Below are positions 39,099 through 51,654 of a stretch of DNA of 64,000 bases, piece after piece. A program made the position numbers and the translations under genes. Under the pieces are notes generated by a model. That model ran no database searches. It was not told the origin of the DNA and saw only the letters and a list, made by a program, of their open reading frames with translations. The stretch's first letter is position 1; every line of letters starts with the position of its first letter. Origin of the DNA: Ramazzottius varieornatus (taxonomy: Eukaryota; Animalia; Tardigrada). The stretch lies in contig BDGG01000001.1 of NCBI GenBank assembly GCA_001949185.1, forward strand, positions 386,128 through 450,127, in the 5' to 3' direction.

Positions 39099-40397
39099 TC
39101 ATACAGTTATTGAAGTCGGTAAGTAGAACAAATTGGAAGGTCCACCTTTGACCTTCAGAGGTCGCTCCCTTACAGTCCCACTTCGGTTAGCTGTAGCTTG
39201 TTGACAACAGCGTTCCGTGTTCGCCAGGGTAACGTTCCATGAATTTCCGCCTAAAAGTATTGCCGGTACTAAAAAGACTAGATACTGTATAATTCGTCGG
39301 CGTTGTACTAGGTCATTTGTATTGATAATTAGTATATAAAACTGCAGTATGATGCACGTGTTCATGCATGCAGAATAAGTATTCGATGTAATCTTGAACT
39401 GCTTTCTCGCAACGTGAAAGAAAACGATGAGCCGCCGCCCCTAGATCTTGATCTTTGAGTTGAGGGGCTTGAATACTTTCTTAATCAAGCGTACGGACTG
39501 TGATCGACGTTTTCGCGCCAGTTTTTGTACGAGTACCAGGTAGGAGTAGCCGAATGAATCATTTCGTTTCTCAACTATTTGATTTTTGTCATGTTATTCC
39601 GTCTCCTCACTTGATATTCACAAACCGCTAGGTGGATATTGTAACAATAGGCAACATGTATCCCAACGTACCCGGTGCGATTGTTTACACCGGACCCGCC
39701 ACCGAAACTGGAATGGAGCATATATCCAGTCAGCGTAGGCTGAGTTGTTCCAGTTCACCCGCACCTAAAGTAGTCTGAACTACTGTATGCTCTCCCGAAA
39801 TTCACGTACGTCACTGACTCTCAAATCATTGGGGTCTTACCGTCTAGTTTTACACTCTGAATGGAGTGACCTACGTGAATTTCGGGAGAGTATACAGTAT
39901 CGTTTCACCGGCCAAAGTTAACCTCTGTGGAGTTCACCACCAACAGCAACTAAATCATTTCGCCAAGTGGCACGTGCTTTCGGTCAATACCACTGTACCC
40001 GTGCGCCACTTGAAAAAACAATGTGGTCGAGTTTGTTTGCCGAGCTTCGACAACGTTTTCCATCTTATTCTTTTTGTTGACTTTTTCACAAACGTTTAAA
40101 AATTAAAACACCTTGGTCTGTATGACAGAAATTACAGATAAAGAAACTATCTTACCAGTTTAATGAAACCATCGAGCTAAGAAGATGATAGAGTATACAC
40201 ATGTGGAAATAAAACATGAAAATAACCTCACGGAGAGAAATTACTGAACTACAGAAATTATAAAACTCCATTTTTCTCGTAAACCATTTTCTATGAAATC
40301 AGCGAGAGAAAGTGTAGAAAAGCCACAGAGCAGTTCCGAGCTTCGAACTGATCTGTCTACTGTCTAGAAGGATATACTGTCATCGCTGTCCGCCATC

Positions 40398-41614
40398 CTA
40401 CCAAGCTTCGTCCATACCGTTACCATTGTCGTCGTTGGGTGAGTTATTGCCCGGGAAAGCGGCGGGGGAACTGCTAGCGAAGGGGTTCTTCGTTGAGCCG
40501 AAGGCGGCAGGCTTGGACATGTTCATGTCACCCATCCCCAACGGTAGGGAAGACATCTGTTGAGTCAGTGAAAGAAGGCCGTTGGAGTCCACTTGCAAAA
40601 TCACCCAAATGGTCTCTGGAAACATCAGCAAAATTATTTCTACGGATTTCGACATCCCTTCACATGATTATCAACCCGAAACTTCCAGAACACTTTCGCA
40701 AAAATTTCAGAAAATTTGTGGGAATTTTATCAGTTATTTAGGTGCACAGTAGACAAACTTCATCAGATTGTCAACCCAAGTGGCGCACGTTTTCGGTGAC
40801 ATTGGTTGAAAGAGTGCGCCACTTGAGGAAAACAATCAGCACGATTCCAAATATGTCTGCATGATATTTTGTTGGATTTTCTTTCGACATTTACAAACGA
40901 GCATATACCTCCACAATAAACTCCGGTAGGAGTACACATTCTCCACTGGCCCTGATAGATGCCAGGCATCTCAGGGCTTTCCATCTCGATGGAGGCATCA
41001 AAGGTTTCACTGGACTTCAACGACGGCAAAGAAATTCTGTCAACGTGCGTCATTTGGGCACCATTCCCCGTGAACTTCAAAACACAACCTGGAGGCCAAG
41101 TTTCCCATCCTGTAAAGAGAAAGATATTCAAAATGGTCGAACAAACACTGGCGGGAGATAACCTTAAGAAAGGAACAGAATCGAATATTTCTCACCTGGA
41201 TTCTGAATCTTCCACGTTTTGACGAATTTGGTCTTCGGAGGAACAGATTCCCCTTCGCCAATAGTCACATCTTGTACAAAGGACATCTGAGGAAGGTTTT
41301 CCGAATTGGCTTCCAAATCGTAGTAGGAACACACAGCTTGTTGTAAATTCCTGAAGATAGTCAAAATGAAAGCCTGTTATCAATCAACCATACAGCATAA
41401 CAAAGCTCTTGATTGGACAGAAGAAAAATGAAATGCGTAATTGATTTTATTCCGACGCTTACCAGTTGCTCATGTCCAGGAAGAATTCACAGGTGGGCCT
41501 GCTGATGGCTTGTCCGATCAGATTTTGAAAGCGAACGACCAGGTCATCTTTGTCGTTGGTGTTAAGGCCGGAGAATGCGCTGAGAAGATTCTGCTCAAGG
41601 TCGTCTACATCCAT
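40398..41614 (-). CDS. ILRUN: ILRUN / C6orf106 homologue (UBA-like + NBR1-FW domain)
   Basis: CEFFLDMSNWNLQQAV, MSFVQDVTIGEGESVPP.TKFVKTW.IQN.G, WPPG..LKF, GIYQGQWRMCT, IWVI. Confidence 0.95.
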
Positions 41615-42441
41615 TCTTGACACCTCTCCTCGATCCTGTCCCCTTCAACCAGCAATCTTTCAGGTCTTAAGCGTTGTCCGGAGCACGAGTTGGTCCCTGG
41701 TCGATGAAGGTAGCACTGAAAAGCGGGAAGAATGACAGAGAATCGGAAGAAGAAAACTGAGAATGAAATCGCAGAATCTGATGAGTTGCGGTGGACAGGT
41801 GATTTATTCAGCCTAATGTCGAGTATCACGGAACCGCCACCTACGGCCTGTCAAGAACCAGTACAACGGGCAAACTTATCATCAGTGCGCGAATTCAACC
41901 TCTAGTGAACAAGAGACATGGTGGTCGAACGACATTCGGAATTGGAACGGTATTTTTCAGATGAAAGATATTGATCGACTGATTACCGTTCCAAAGTTGG
42001 GCTGCGCTCGAGGTTGTGAAGCCGTTCCGTGGTTTCGGTAATTTACTGAATAAATCACCCGTCTACCGCTGCTGATGAGAAGAAAAATTAATTGGGAAAT
42101 GAGTGTGAGTAGGCGGAGTCTCTTGATTGTTGATTAAGGGCAAGCTATGCACCCTCGGCTGGACGGTCTTTCGCTACAATGGTTCACTACGAGATCTAGA
42201 GCATGACCTACAATGACGCGCTGACTTTGTACAGTGGAACATTTGTTTCCCAGGCTTTCGCCTGATGATCAGACGGAGGAACAACTGACTGAGACTCTGA
42301 GAGCTTTTTTGGTTTGTACATTCAGCCATGACCAGCTATTGGAAGAACGGAACAACAGTGGAAGAACCTAGGACTGTCGAATCGCAAGTCCACAGTTTTG
42401 TGTGAGTGGCGTGGTAGAAATCTTGGCGAAGATGTATAAAG

Positions 42442-42611
42442 CAGAGAGGCGGAGCTATTTAGCTCGTTTCAGCTCGCGAGCTGAATCTGCCTTTTTCTGC
42501 GAAAACGTAAAACAGGGTTGTGCAGCGCACGAACCTGGATGAGCTTTTTGTAAAAACCTCGTAGAAGAAAGGCGAAATGAGCTAAACGAGCTAAATATCT
42601 CCGCAGGAATG
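42442..42611. mobile_element. hAT-type MITE, copy 2 (inverted relative to 27943-28103)
   Basis: Same internal sequence; near-perfect 8-bp duplication GTATAAAG/GCATAAAG. Confidence 0.85.
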
Positions 42612-43253
42612 GCATAAAGCGCGAGATTTGACCATTTGTGGAAGTTTCTCTTCTAAGCAGCTCCGAGCCAACCGCAATATTCGACTTGTAGCTTGGTCGA
42701 TTTCGAAGGAGGATACAACACAGTATTGGTTTAGCTTTGCTCTGTTTGCAGGCTCTTCGTTGCTTCCATCTTCACACCACGGATGTGTTTTCTTTTTGCC
42801 GGTAATTCATTGGTACTCGTGCCAATATTATTATCAAGGGCGGGCTGCGCCATTCATAAACGATGCATGTTGGCAGTTGTGCCTACGGCTGAGCTATATA
42901 GCCCATGCGCATATTGATTATTTCCGCGTGAAGATTTGCAAGTGGGTTGGGAAGTCTCGACTTGAGACAGCGGACTCTGGCGCTGACTCTGGCGTACGCG
43001 TACGAAACGCAGTCTACATCACCTTGGCATCGGACGACAACATGAAAATAGCGACAACATTTCATCTGTTGTTAGAAACTAGTTTGAGAGCGTGCAACCG
43101 GTTCTTCGCACTTCCGCTGGTGAATCTGCAGGCTATAATATAGAAGCGACAGTTTGAAGACACCCACCCTTCTTTCTGTTGAGTTTCCAAAAGTTTAGTC
43201 TGGTTTGAGAACTTGTGGTGGGACGAATCTGGACGATATTCTAATTCGGTGTA

Positions 43254-43799
43254 ATGGCGCAACACTTGGGGGAGCCAATCATGATGACAATGGAAGAACC
43301 GATTATGACTGTACGGGAGCCCGTGATTTGCGGTGGTTACTCGAAGGACCTGGAAGCGACACCGGAAGTACAAGAGAAGGCTAGTGCGGTAAGCTTTGTT
43401 ACTCATTTCACGAACAGTTGGATATCTACTTAGAGACTAACTTGTTTTGCGTCTGCATCAGGTTAAAGATGAGATACTGAAGGGAGCCGGAGCAGGCGTC
43501 AAAGCTGATGAGTTTGTTGTGGAGAAATATGCTTCCCAGCTCGTTAACGGGATCAACCACAAAATGAAGGTAATGAAACTTGGGCGCTTGCAGTTTTTTA
43601 AAGTGATGCGTATTCATCCATGGTAAGTATATCATAAATTTAAATTTACTATGCTTTTACGCAGATACGCCTAGCTCCAGGAAGTTATATTCACGCGACC
43701 GTCTATGAACCTTTCGGGGCCAAAGTCGAGGATCTACGCGTTCATGAAGTCACGACCAACCACAAGAAAGACGAACCACTCTTCAGCTGGGCTCGCTGA
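43254..43799 (+). CDS. Stefin (type 1 cystatin, cystatin A/B-like), 3 exons
   Basis: Exons 43254-43388, 43462-43569, 43665-43799 give ...ICGGYSKDLEATPEVQEKASA|VKDE...YASQLVNGINHKMK|IRL..SYIHATVYEP...TNHKKDEPLFSW; QxVxG motif and stefin-type intron positions. Confidence 0.88.
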
Positions 43800-44554
43800 G
43801 CATCTTACTGAGAGACCTATCTAGATCTTTTCTCGTGTTTCAGCCTACCATTTCCGGGTTTTTGTTGCGTCCAATAACAGCTTGTTGGTGCAGCAGCTTT
43901 TGCAAATGATTTTATCCGCTCGCATTGTCCAGCAATACGTGGAAGAGTCGTAGATTTGCTCCTCCACCCCACCCGTTCTGCATCGAGGACGCGCGTTGAA
44001 CACCAAAGCCCCTCAACGTCTGGGCTGAATATTCACTCCACGTCTGAAAGTGCCAGCCTTCTTTGTTCATAAACCAGGCGGTTTGCCCTACAGCTGAGCA
44101 ATAAGTATTGATGGTCTCCGGGTAAATGTTCGCGACTGGCTTGAACAGCTTATTAACACAGACAGGAATCCGACGCTTACTGCACGTACGGTCGTCAAAA
44201 GAAGAGCTGCTGGCGCGAACTTGGCATTGGACGACACATCAGAAAAACGACATCATAAATTCTATTGTTAGTAGCACGCCTGAAAGCATTGCAGCCGGTC
44301 GTTCGAATATCCGAGGGTGCGTTTACAGACGTCGAATATACAGTTATTAGTACATCGACAAAAGAAGAGACAACTTATAGGTTGCCTTTCTGTTCGTTGT
44401 TACATGGTACCAGGCGTCGATCAGCTGGATCTTGTAGACTTGTAGTGGTGCTGTTACTTGGGCCGAATGGCGGAAAATTCGGAGCAGCCCGTTCTGATGA
44501 CAATGGCAGGACCGGTTGTGATTACGTGAGCCCGTGGTTAGCATTGAGTTTATT

Positions 44555-44864
44555 GTGGGAAAAATTTACTTCGCAGGTTGTCGCTGGGACCAACTGTAAA
44601 ACGGAGCTTCATACTTCCTTAAAGTAGTATTCGCATGACAAAACAATAAGGTTTCCTGAAAACAAATTCACCAGACAACACGTGAAAGATCTGTCAGTGC
44701 AAAGTCTTGCTAATGCTGTACGTAGGTTGGCATCGAACCCGGGAACAACATTCATGCGCGCGTGTGCAAACCTCTCGACAGCAGAGCAGCATCTACCGGT
44801 ACAAGTCACCGAAGTCACGACCAACCACAAGAAAGATGAAGCACTTTCCAGCTGGACTGCCTGA
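44555..44864 (+). pseudogene. Degenerate stefin duplicate
   Basis: EKFTSQVVAGTN and a last exon ending EVTTNHKKDEALSSW with a frameshift; 45-bp near identity to 43746-43790. Confidence 0.7.
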
Positions 44865-45790
44865 TTGAATTACCCTGTCTCGTGAAGTAAGTCTGGGTAC
44901 CTTTGACCGACTGTGCGGTTTGCTGTTATCAGAGCTCGATGTTGCCGACTGGACCCTGTTCGGTCGGATTCACAGGCTCTCTTTAACTGCTCGAGCCACT
45001 ACAAGCCAAGCTTCGAAACTGCAAGGCTTTCAATGTAAAGACTATTATGCCAATGGACAGAGAAAATATCCGGTTCAGTCTGTCCTAAAGGCTGAAGGGG
45101 AGAACAAAATATATCGAAATCTTAAAGTTATGCCATATACTGGAGGATACTGTACAAGAGGGATTGGATGCTGATCTTTGGATGAGGCACTGCTCCGTGT
45201 AATCTAAGTCCATGCCACAAAATGGATTAGAAACATATCTCTTTCATACTCAGGCACGAAATCTAACGATCAGACAAAAAGACGGACAAGGTCTCGTTGT
45301 ATGCGAACTCATCATACCGTAAAAGCGTCCCTAGTGGCGCCCAACCAAAGGATTTCGGAGCCTTCCGGAGCCTCTTCTTTTCAGTCAGCGAAAAGTAGTA
45401 GCAGGTCTTCAGCAGCAGTCCAAGAGGGAAGGCAAAATCCTGTACGCGGAAGTACATCTTTCCTTTCACCTATCGTAGTTGAGATGCTGGCGCTCGCACA
45501 ATGTACTTGTTAGATTAGTTTTCCAAACAGCTATAACACCGCAACATGACTAGAAACACACGAGAAGCTCCACAGAGCCGCAGAGCCGAGGCAAAGTTAC
45601 TGTAGTGAGCAAATGGGCTCGAGTTAGTAATCTTTTCCGCAAACGATTATTAGTATGCGTCGATGGCAGGTTTCCAGTCTTCAGCCGCGTCAACGAAGGG
45701 AGTGCCATTCAGTTGGAAATCATCGGGTGACTGAGCTGGTCCGACAGCATCCAAAGCGTTCTTCCCCCACGCTGCTGCAAACCAAACTGG

Positions 45791-47221
45791 TTAAATTAGC
45801 ATTGAAGGTTGAACCAATATTGATGCAAGACGCAAGTTCAAAATGTTTTTACGTGTTTCATCCTGGGTACTGCTGTGGACCAAGTTATGCTGGACGAAGT
45901 GCTGGTTCAGCGGCGACGGACCCGGAGGAGTGGCGAACTGGGCGTAAACCGTCTGGGCTTCTTGTGCGGACACATCGACGGTGGCGCTCATGGACGAGGT
46001 GGGAAGCTGCAACTGCTTTGTCTCGGAAAACATCCGAGGTTGAGACTGGCCGGGAACCGCAAATTGTTGAAGGTTCATGTCGTACTCAGGCATGGGAAAC
46101 TGCGTCTGCGAATATTGTGCATTTTGCCAGTGTTGGCCGCCCAGTTGGGATGGAGGAAAGTGCATGAAGTGAGGCTGCATGGGCGAAGAGATGAAGTATC
46201 GTCCAGGTTGCCTGAATGATACAGGTAACTTTTGCGTCAGAAAAGGTCAACGGAAGTGTCAGACGGAAGGCCGGCGAAAAATTTCGAGATGACCCAAAAT
46301 TGATCACCGGTGTGGCGCACGTTTCCAGCCAATAGCAATGAAGACTGCGCCACTTCGGACAACAATCATCCCCAGATTGTCTGGCGGCCTCCCATAATTT
46401 TCAGTTATTTTGGGCTTTCAAATGAACAAGTCTAGATGTGGAAATGAAATGTTAAATTTCAAATGAGCAAGTCTGAGTTTTGAATGTGGTTTAAAAGGCC
46501 TACATTTGAAAGGTGGCAGACTGGATGTACTGGTTGACGATTGCGGGTTTAACGTCCGTCTCCTCGTTGCGCCAGACCATGTTGAACGGATAGGAGGGCA
46601 TTGTCAGGTTCATAGCGCCCTCTTCTGCACTTGGCTGGACACTGAGCTGCTGAGCACAGAGAGCTGCGTTGTAGTGGTAACTGACTTCGGCATCCAGCTT
46701 CTCCCGCTCCTTCTTTGACATCCGACCGAACTTCACCGCTGTAAACGACAAGCAAAAGTTAACAATCTACAAAATCGTGGTTTCCCGGACTGTAAGAGAC
46801 AGGTTGTAAAGGCATCAACTGACCATCACGAGACATCCCCACGCGTTGGCACTTCTGTAGCCGACAAGCAGGACAGGAAGCCCGGTTGCGGGCATTCAAC
46901 ACGCAGGTGTTGCTTCTCTGACAAAGGTAGACCACTGAAAGGAACAGAGCAAAGTGTGTTGGTTAACAGTCACGTAGCTTCGTATCCCAAAGCAAGGCTG
47001 GAATTTTCCCTCCTCACCTTTTGAGGCATGAGTCCGTCGGAAGAATCCCTGGAATGAAAGAAGAAGTCACTAATGTTACAGTACGTTCGGGAAGGACGAG
47101 TGCGACGGACTTGTACGAGTATTTTGCACATTCCAACGTACCTTGCACCCTTCGCAAGTAGTAACGCCGTAATGGACACCGGAAGAATGGTCTCCACAGA
47201 CTTTACAAGGAACGTGTCCGA
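45791..47221 (-). CDS. Nuclear receptor of HR3/ROR type: C4 DNA-binding domain plus Q/P-rich tail; first exon uncertain (possible ATG at 47632)
   Basis: [24 protein letters not shown]|GFFRR...[15 protein letters not shown]|[12 protein letters not shown]. Confidence 0.88.
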
Positions 47222-47889
47222 TGTACGCTACGAGAAACGATCCAGAAGACTATCCTGACATCTGGCAAAATTAAGCCACGAACATGCATGGTCTTAGGAG
47301 TTGCGGACAAAACTGGAAAAAACACTTACATTTCCAGGACAACTTCCCGTTGTGGGCCATCCTGTCGCGAGAAGTCCGTGAGAGATGGAGAGATCAATCA
47401 GCGCCGCAATTGACGAGGAAATCCACCACGGGAAAGAGTAATGAGCGATCTGTGTTAGACAAAGTAATATTACGACAAGGTGAGAGCGGGATTGCTTTCC
47501 GGAGACGTTTCGGACAGTATGCATGGCGAAACTCGAGTGAAATTTCAAAGCCATTCCTGGAGTGAAGAAAGTGACGAAACGGGAATTAGACTAACAGATC
47601 CGTTTCAGAATTTCATATCCGTAATGGGCCATTGTTTATTCACACATGTACTCATCAGTGTATCGTGCGAATTAGGGTCCATTACTCCATAGGAAATCGG
47701 CCAAAATCAGGGCTGTACAACGGATAAGAACAGCATCATCATGATAGAGCACCGGGTGATAAATTCACTCTCCCGGCGCCTACCAATAAGTACGTGGCGA
47801 GATTCCAGTTTTACTTTTGCTCTTCGTTTTTCCCCTTTGCCGGAAGAATCAACTTCGAAGTAACTTTGAATTAGTTCCTTCAAACTACA

Positions 47890-48263
47890 ACTAGCAGCCA
47901 GTAGACAGTGTGTCTGCAAAACCATCTGGATTTTTTCCCGTTTTCGCTCGAAATTTCGTCCTAGCCAGCAAATTATTTTTCAGTCAGTCTCTCGGTTAAG
48001 CCAGTGTCTCCAAAGCAGTTACAGCCCGAGTTCAAACATTTCGGCATCTGGCAAATGTTTCAGATTCGAAAAAAGATTTGTCCAGTGGTCAACAGAAAAA
48101 CATGAAGTTTGGCCGTTTCAAGTTGATAGGTGGCGCCAATCGAGAAGGTGTTGATTGGTCCTCTTTGGCGACGTCCTCCCCCAGGTTCAACCAGTTGAAA
48201 AAAGGCGAAAGTGACTTTCCCACCTGGTATTCTGAAAGCCGAAATCCCGTGGTGCTCAAGGTG
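47890..48263 (+). repeat. Truncated copy of the element at 57204-57729
   Basis: Aligns with 57340-57729 and ends GTGCTCAAGGTG. Confidence 0.7.
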
Positions 48264-48339
48264 TCACGAAATCAAAGCAAAAACAATTCCAAAACGAAAT
48301 AAGTTTTCAGCGGGTCTTTTATGTCTATAATTGTCAAAT

Positions 48340-51316
48340 TCACAGATCCAAAAGAACCGGATTCGAAGTGTTATTGGGGAACTTTGTGGCTTTCGTCAGA
48401 CAAAGCCATGTAGAAGGCAGTTCGTGGAGACCCAGGGGAAGACCGCTGCTGTAGGGGATGTGCAGCGACTGGTCGGTCCACTGCACCGTTGTTACATACT
48501 TCATCGGACTCTACAAAACAGCAAAACAAAATTTCTCTTCGGCGACGACAACTTTTTTGAGGGTACTAAGACTATTCAGGACGTTAAAATTATCTCGACA
48601 AATTATAAACCAAAACTGGACCCTAAGTGAGCAAAATCGACAAGAACGGATTGTTTCTTCCACGTGGCGCATACTTCCTGTTACCAAAACCAGAAAGGTC
48701 GCCACTTGGGAAACCAACCAAATTCCACAACATCATTTTTCCAAGTGGCGCACGCTTTCGGCCAATATTTCCGAAAACGCGCGCCACTTGGAAAAAGAAT
48801 CTCGTCAGACCTGTCTGGCGCGTCTTTCAAATGTTGATTATGTTACTATAACTCTTGCGCTGTGAATTCACGTACCTTTACCGTCACTGTGTGGTCGGGA
48901 TGGACTTTTAGCAGCTCCATTTGGTGAGTTCGCTGCCATTTCAGGAAGGTCTTCCTCAGCTCGTCATCTTGCAAGGCCAACTTGAAGCGATGATCTCGCA
49001 TCAAGTCTCCCGACAGAAACGCGCAACCCAAACCGCTGGTCATCGCCGCGTACAGAACGAAAGGATCATCTTGAGACCTATGAAACAACCGTTCATATCA
49101 CTTTTCGGTTAAGTTATTTCAACCTAAAAATATTTTACGTGTTTTCTGCGAAGAAAAGATGCACTTTGTCTCGGAGTATTCCCATCTCATAGCTCGGCCA
49201 TGATAACATGTGCTTTCTTCCTACAACCAGAATCTTCTTCTGTTTCCTCTTCAGAAGGTGCTCGACAACCACTCGCAACTAAGGAGAATCATAACAAAAT
49301 TATCAAATTTTTCATATTTTCTCGACTCGTTTTGGGCATTATCTTACTTGTCTGGATAGTCTCTTTGGTGCGTCTCTTCCCCCACCACCTCCGCCACCTT
49401 GGTGATACGCAACATTTAGCCCGTCGACTATCACATCGAAAGGCTTGTTCTGTTCCACGAAGTCCCGATACCGCTGAAGCTCTTGGGGGTTTGTATGGAG
49501 GAAGACATCGCTTCCCTCTATCACAGCGTTGATGAAGTTCTTCTGCAACTCCTCAAACTCTTGCTTCTTCACCACGATGGCTTCCATGTACTCGTGGCAA
49601 GCTTTGCATTCACCTCTGTAACCAGATACGCCAACATACGATCACTTCCTGACCGGAAACTGACGTAGCACCACGTGATTAGAAACCAGTGTCCGGTCTC
49701 GATACGACGCACGACAAAGTACGTTGATTTCTGCTCAAATGGAAACCAAGGTCCCTCCCACTTTCTTGACGTAAGGTGCGCCACGGTTTCTATCTGAGGG
49801 GTTTTATACTCACTTTAGGGTCATCGTCGTGAATTTACCGGTCCATTTATATTCTGGAAGACTTTCAAAGTAACTCTTCATGTCCTTGACGACTTCCAGT
49901 GGTAGATACCACTCTGAGTCGCGGATGCAACTTAACATCTGCTTGACGGCTTCGTATCCTACCGCCTTGGCGTACTGGAACCACGCAGCGAAGCCTACAG
50001 CTGACGGAGAGAATTGCTGCTCCCTCAGCCTACCCACCAACTTCATGGCTGCTTCACAGTCCTTGTTCAGAAAGGCACCGGCCATGGTGAAGCTGACGGC
50101 CATTGGACCAGCTCTTCCAGTAAAATCCTTCAAAAATAAGAAAACCGTTCCTGAAAAATTCCAAAAATATTTTCCATCGTCACCTCAAGTGACGCACACT
50201 GTTATTTCCACCGACTGCACGTGTGCGCCACTGAGGAAAAACGATCCGGTTCAAATCATGTGCCGAAGTCTGATACTTGAATTTCTCCCACTGAGAACGT
50301 TTTGGTTGGTAAAATTTCGGATATCGATTCACGCAAAAGTTACCATCATTTTTAAGAGGCTGAAGCAGTCTTTCCACTTGGTAGTTTGGTACAGGCCTGC
50401 TATCAAGTTCTCCGCCGTGCCGACATCGTACACATCGCCGGGAAAATGCTTCCTAATGCTTTCATACATCTTCAGGATTTTTTCAGCCGAATCTTTGCCG
50501 GCCGTACGTCCGAGAAGCTTGATGTACCGTGAAGCAACGGCGATGTTGAAAGGAAGCTGCTTTGTCTGAAAGTGGTCCAGGATGGAGTCGCCGAGCTTTC
50601 TGTAACGGAAACTGCAAGCGAGTGTCATCATAGACCCGTAGAAACTCTGCTTTCTAGCTGGACCATCATCGTGGAACTCTTTGAAGGTCCTGTCCCATTC
50701 TGACAAAGAAAACAAGGAAGAAGACAAATTTATCCGATGGAACTGCCCGATAATTCGATTTAAGCCAGGGCCGTTCTGAAGCTACTGGCAAGACCGTGCC
50801 ACACTTAGTGATCAGGCAGCGCATGACGTAACGGGTTTGATCATGTATGATAGTCCGAACCGTGACGTCATGCGTTGAATGAAGGAAAAATACGGAAAGA
50901 GTTTTTTTCTTACCGTCCGAAGGAACATATCTGTCGGCGTTTCCACACAGCTGAACTAGGATCGCATGCCACCGTCGGAAGTTAGGCATCATCGAGAGTT
51001 CAGTGAGCGGAGATGCGTCGGTTGGAGCGACGATGACATTATCCAAAGGGATATTCTGCTCGATGTCACGTCTTTGACGGCGATTCTGGTTCGCAGTGCT
51101 ATTCCGAACAAACATTCGCTGAGGAAAATGCCAATCTTTTACTTGCTTACCCAATGGCCTGAAATAACGAGACACATGCCATTCAACGTTTCGTAAACGA
51201 CAAAGGTTGCGAGAACCACTTACTTCCAACTGAGGAGGTTTAGGCGAAGTTGTCGCACAAACGAAGAGCACACAAGCGGGCCGATCCGCTGCATACTGAC
51301 ACAGATCACGCAACAT
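48340..51316 (-). CDS. PRORP: Mitochondrial protein-only RNase P catalytic subunit (MRPP3), multi-exon
   Basis: PPR-like N-terminal helices; NYN motifs FDVIVDGLNVAY, SQDDPFVLYAA, SGDLMRDH; C-terminal VQ....HIPY...WLCL. Confidence 0.93.
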
Positions 51317-51654
51317 GAAATACTGACTCCATGCGATTCAAGTTTCACGCATACAAGTCCTATGCGAAAAACCAGGGTCCAAAAGGAGTACACTGTACTG
51401 CAGCAGAAGGAAGGAAAACGGGAATCCAACACTGTCGGCTGTCGACTGTCGAGCTATTATTAATAAAATAAATTTTGGATCGGATTTTGTCGCTGGATGG
51501 ATCAAGATTCGAGAATCAACGGGAGCCCACGGCTTGCATGAGTAGGCAAAAGTGAGACTATCGATTGATTGTCGATTGACAGCTAGATAATCGGAATTCC
51601 ATTTCGCAATTCGCAAACTTCTTCCATCCATTTCCTTTCAGTCACATCCGAAGA

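Noticed and set aside
35915-41614. CFAP206-ILRUN adjacency as conserved synteny with human chromosome 6
   Set aside because: The human genes are far apart on different arms; likely coincidence.
49880-50569. 229-aa plus-strand ORF
   Set aside because: Antisense shadow of PRORP exons and intron.
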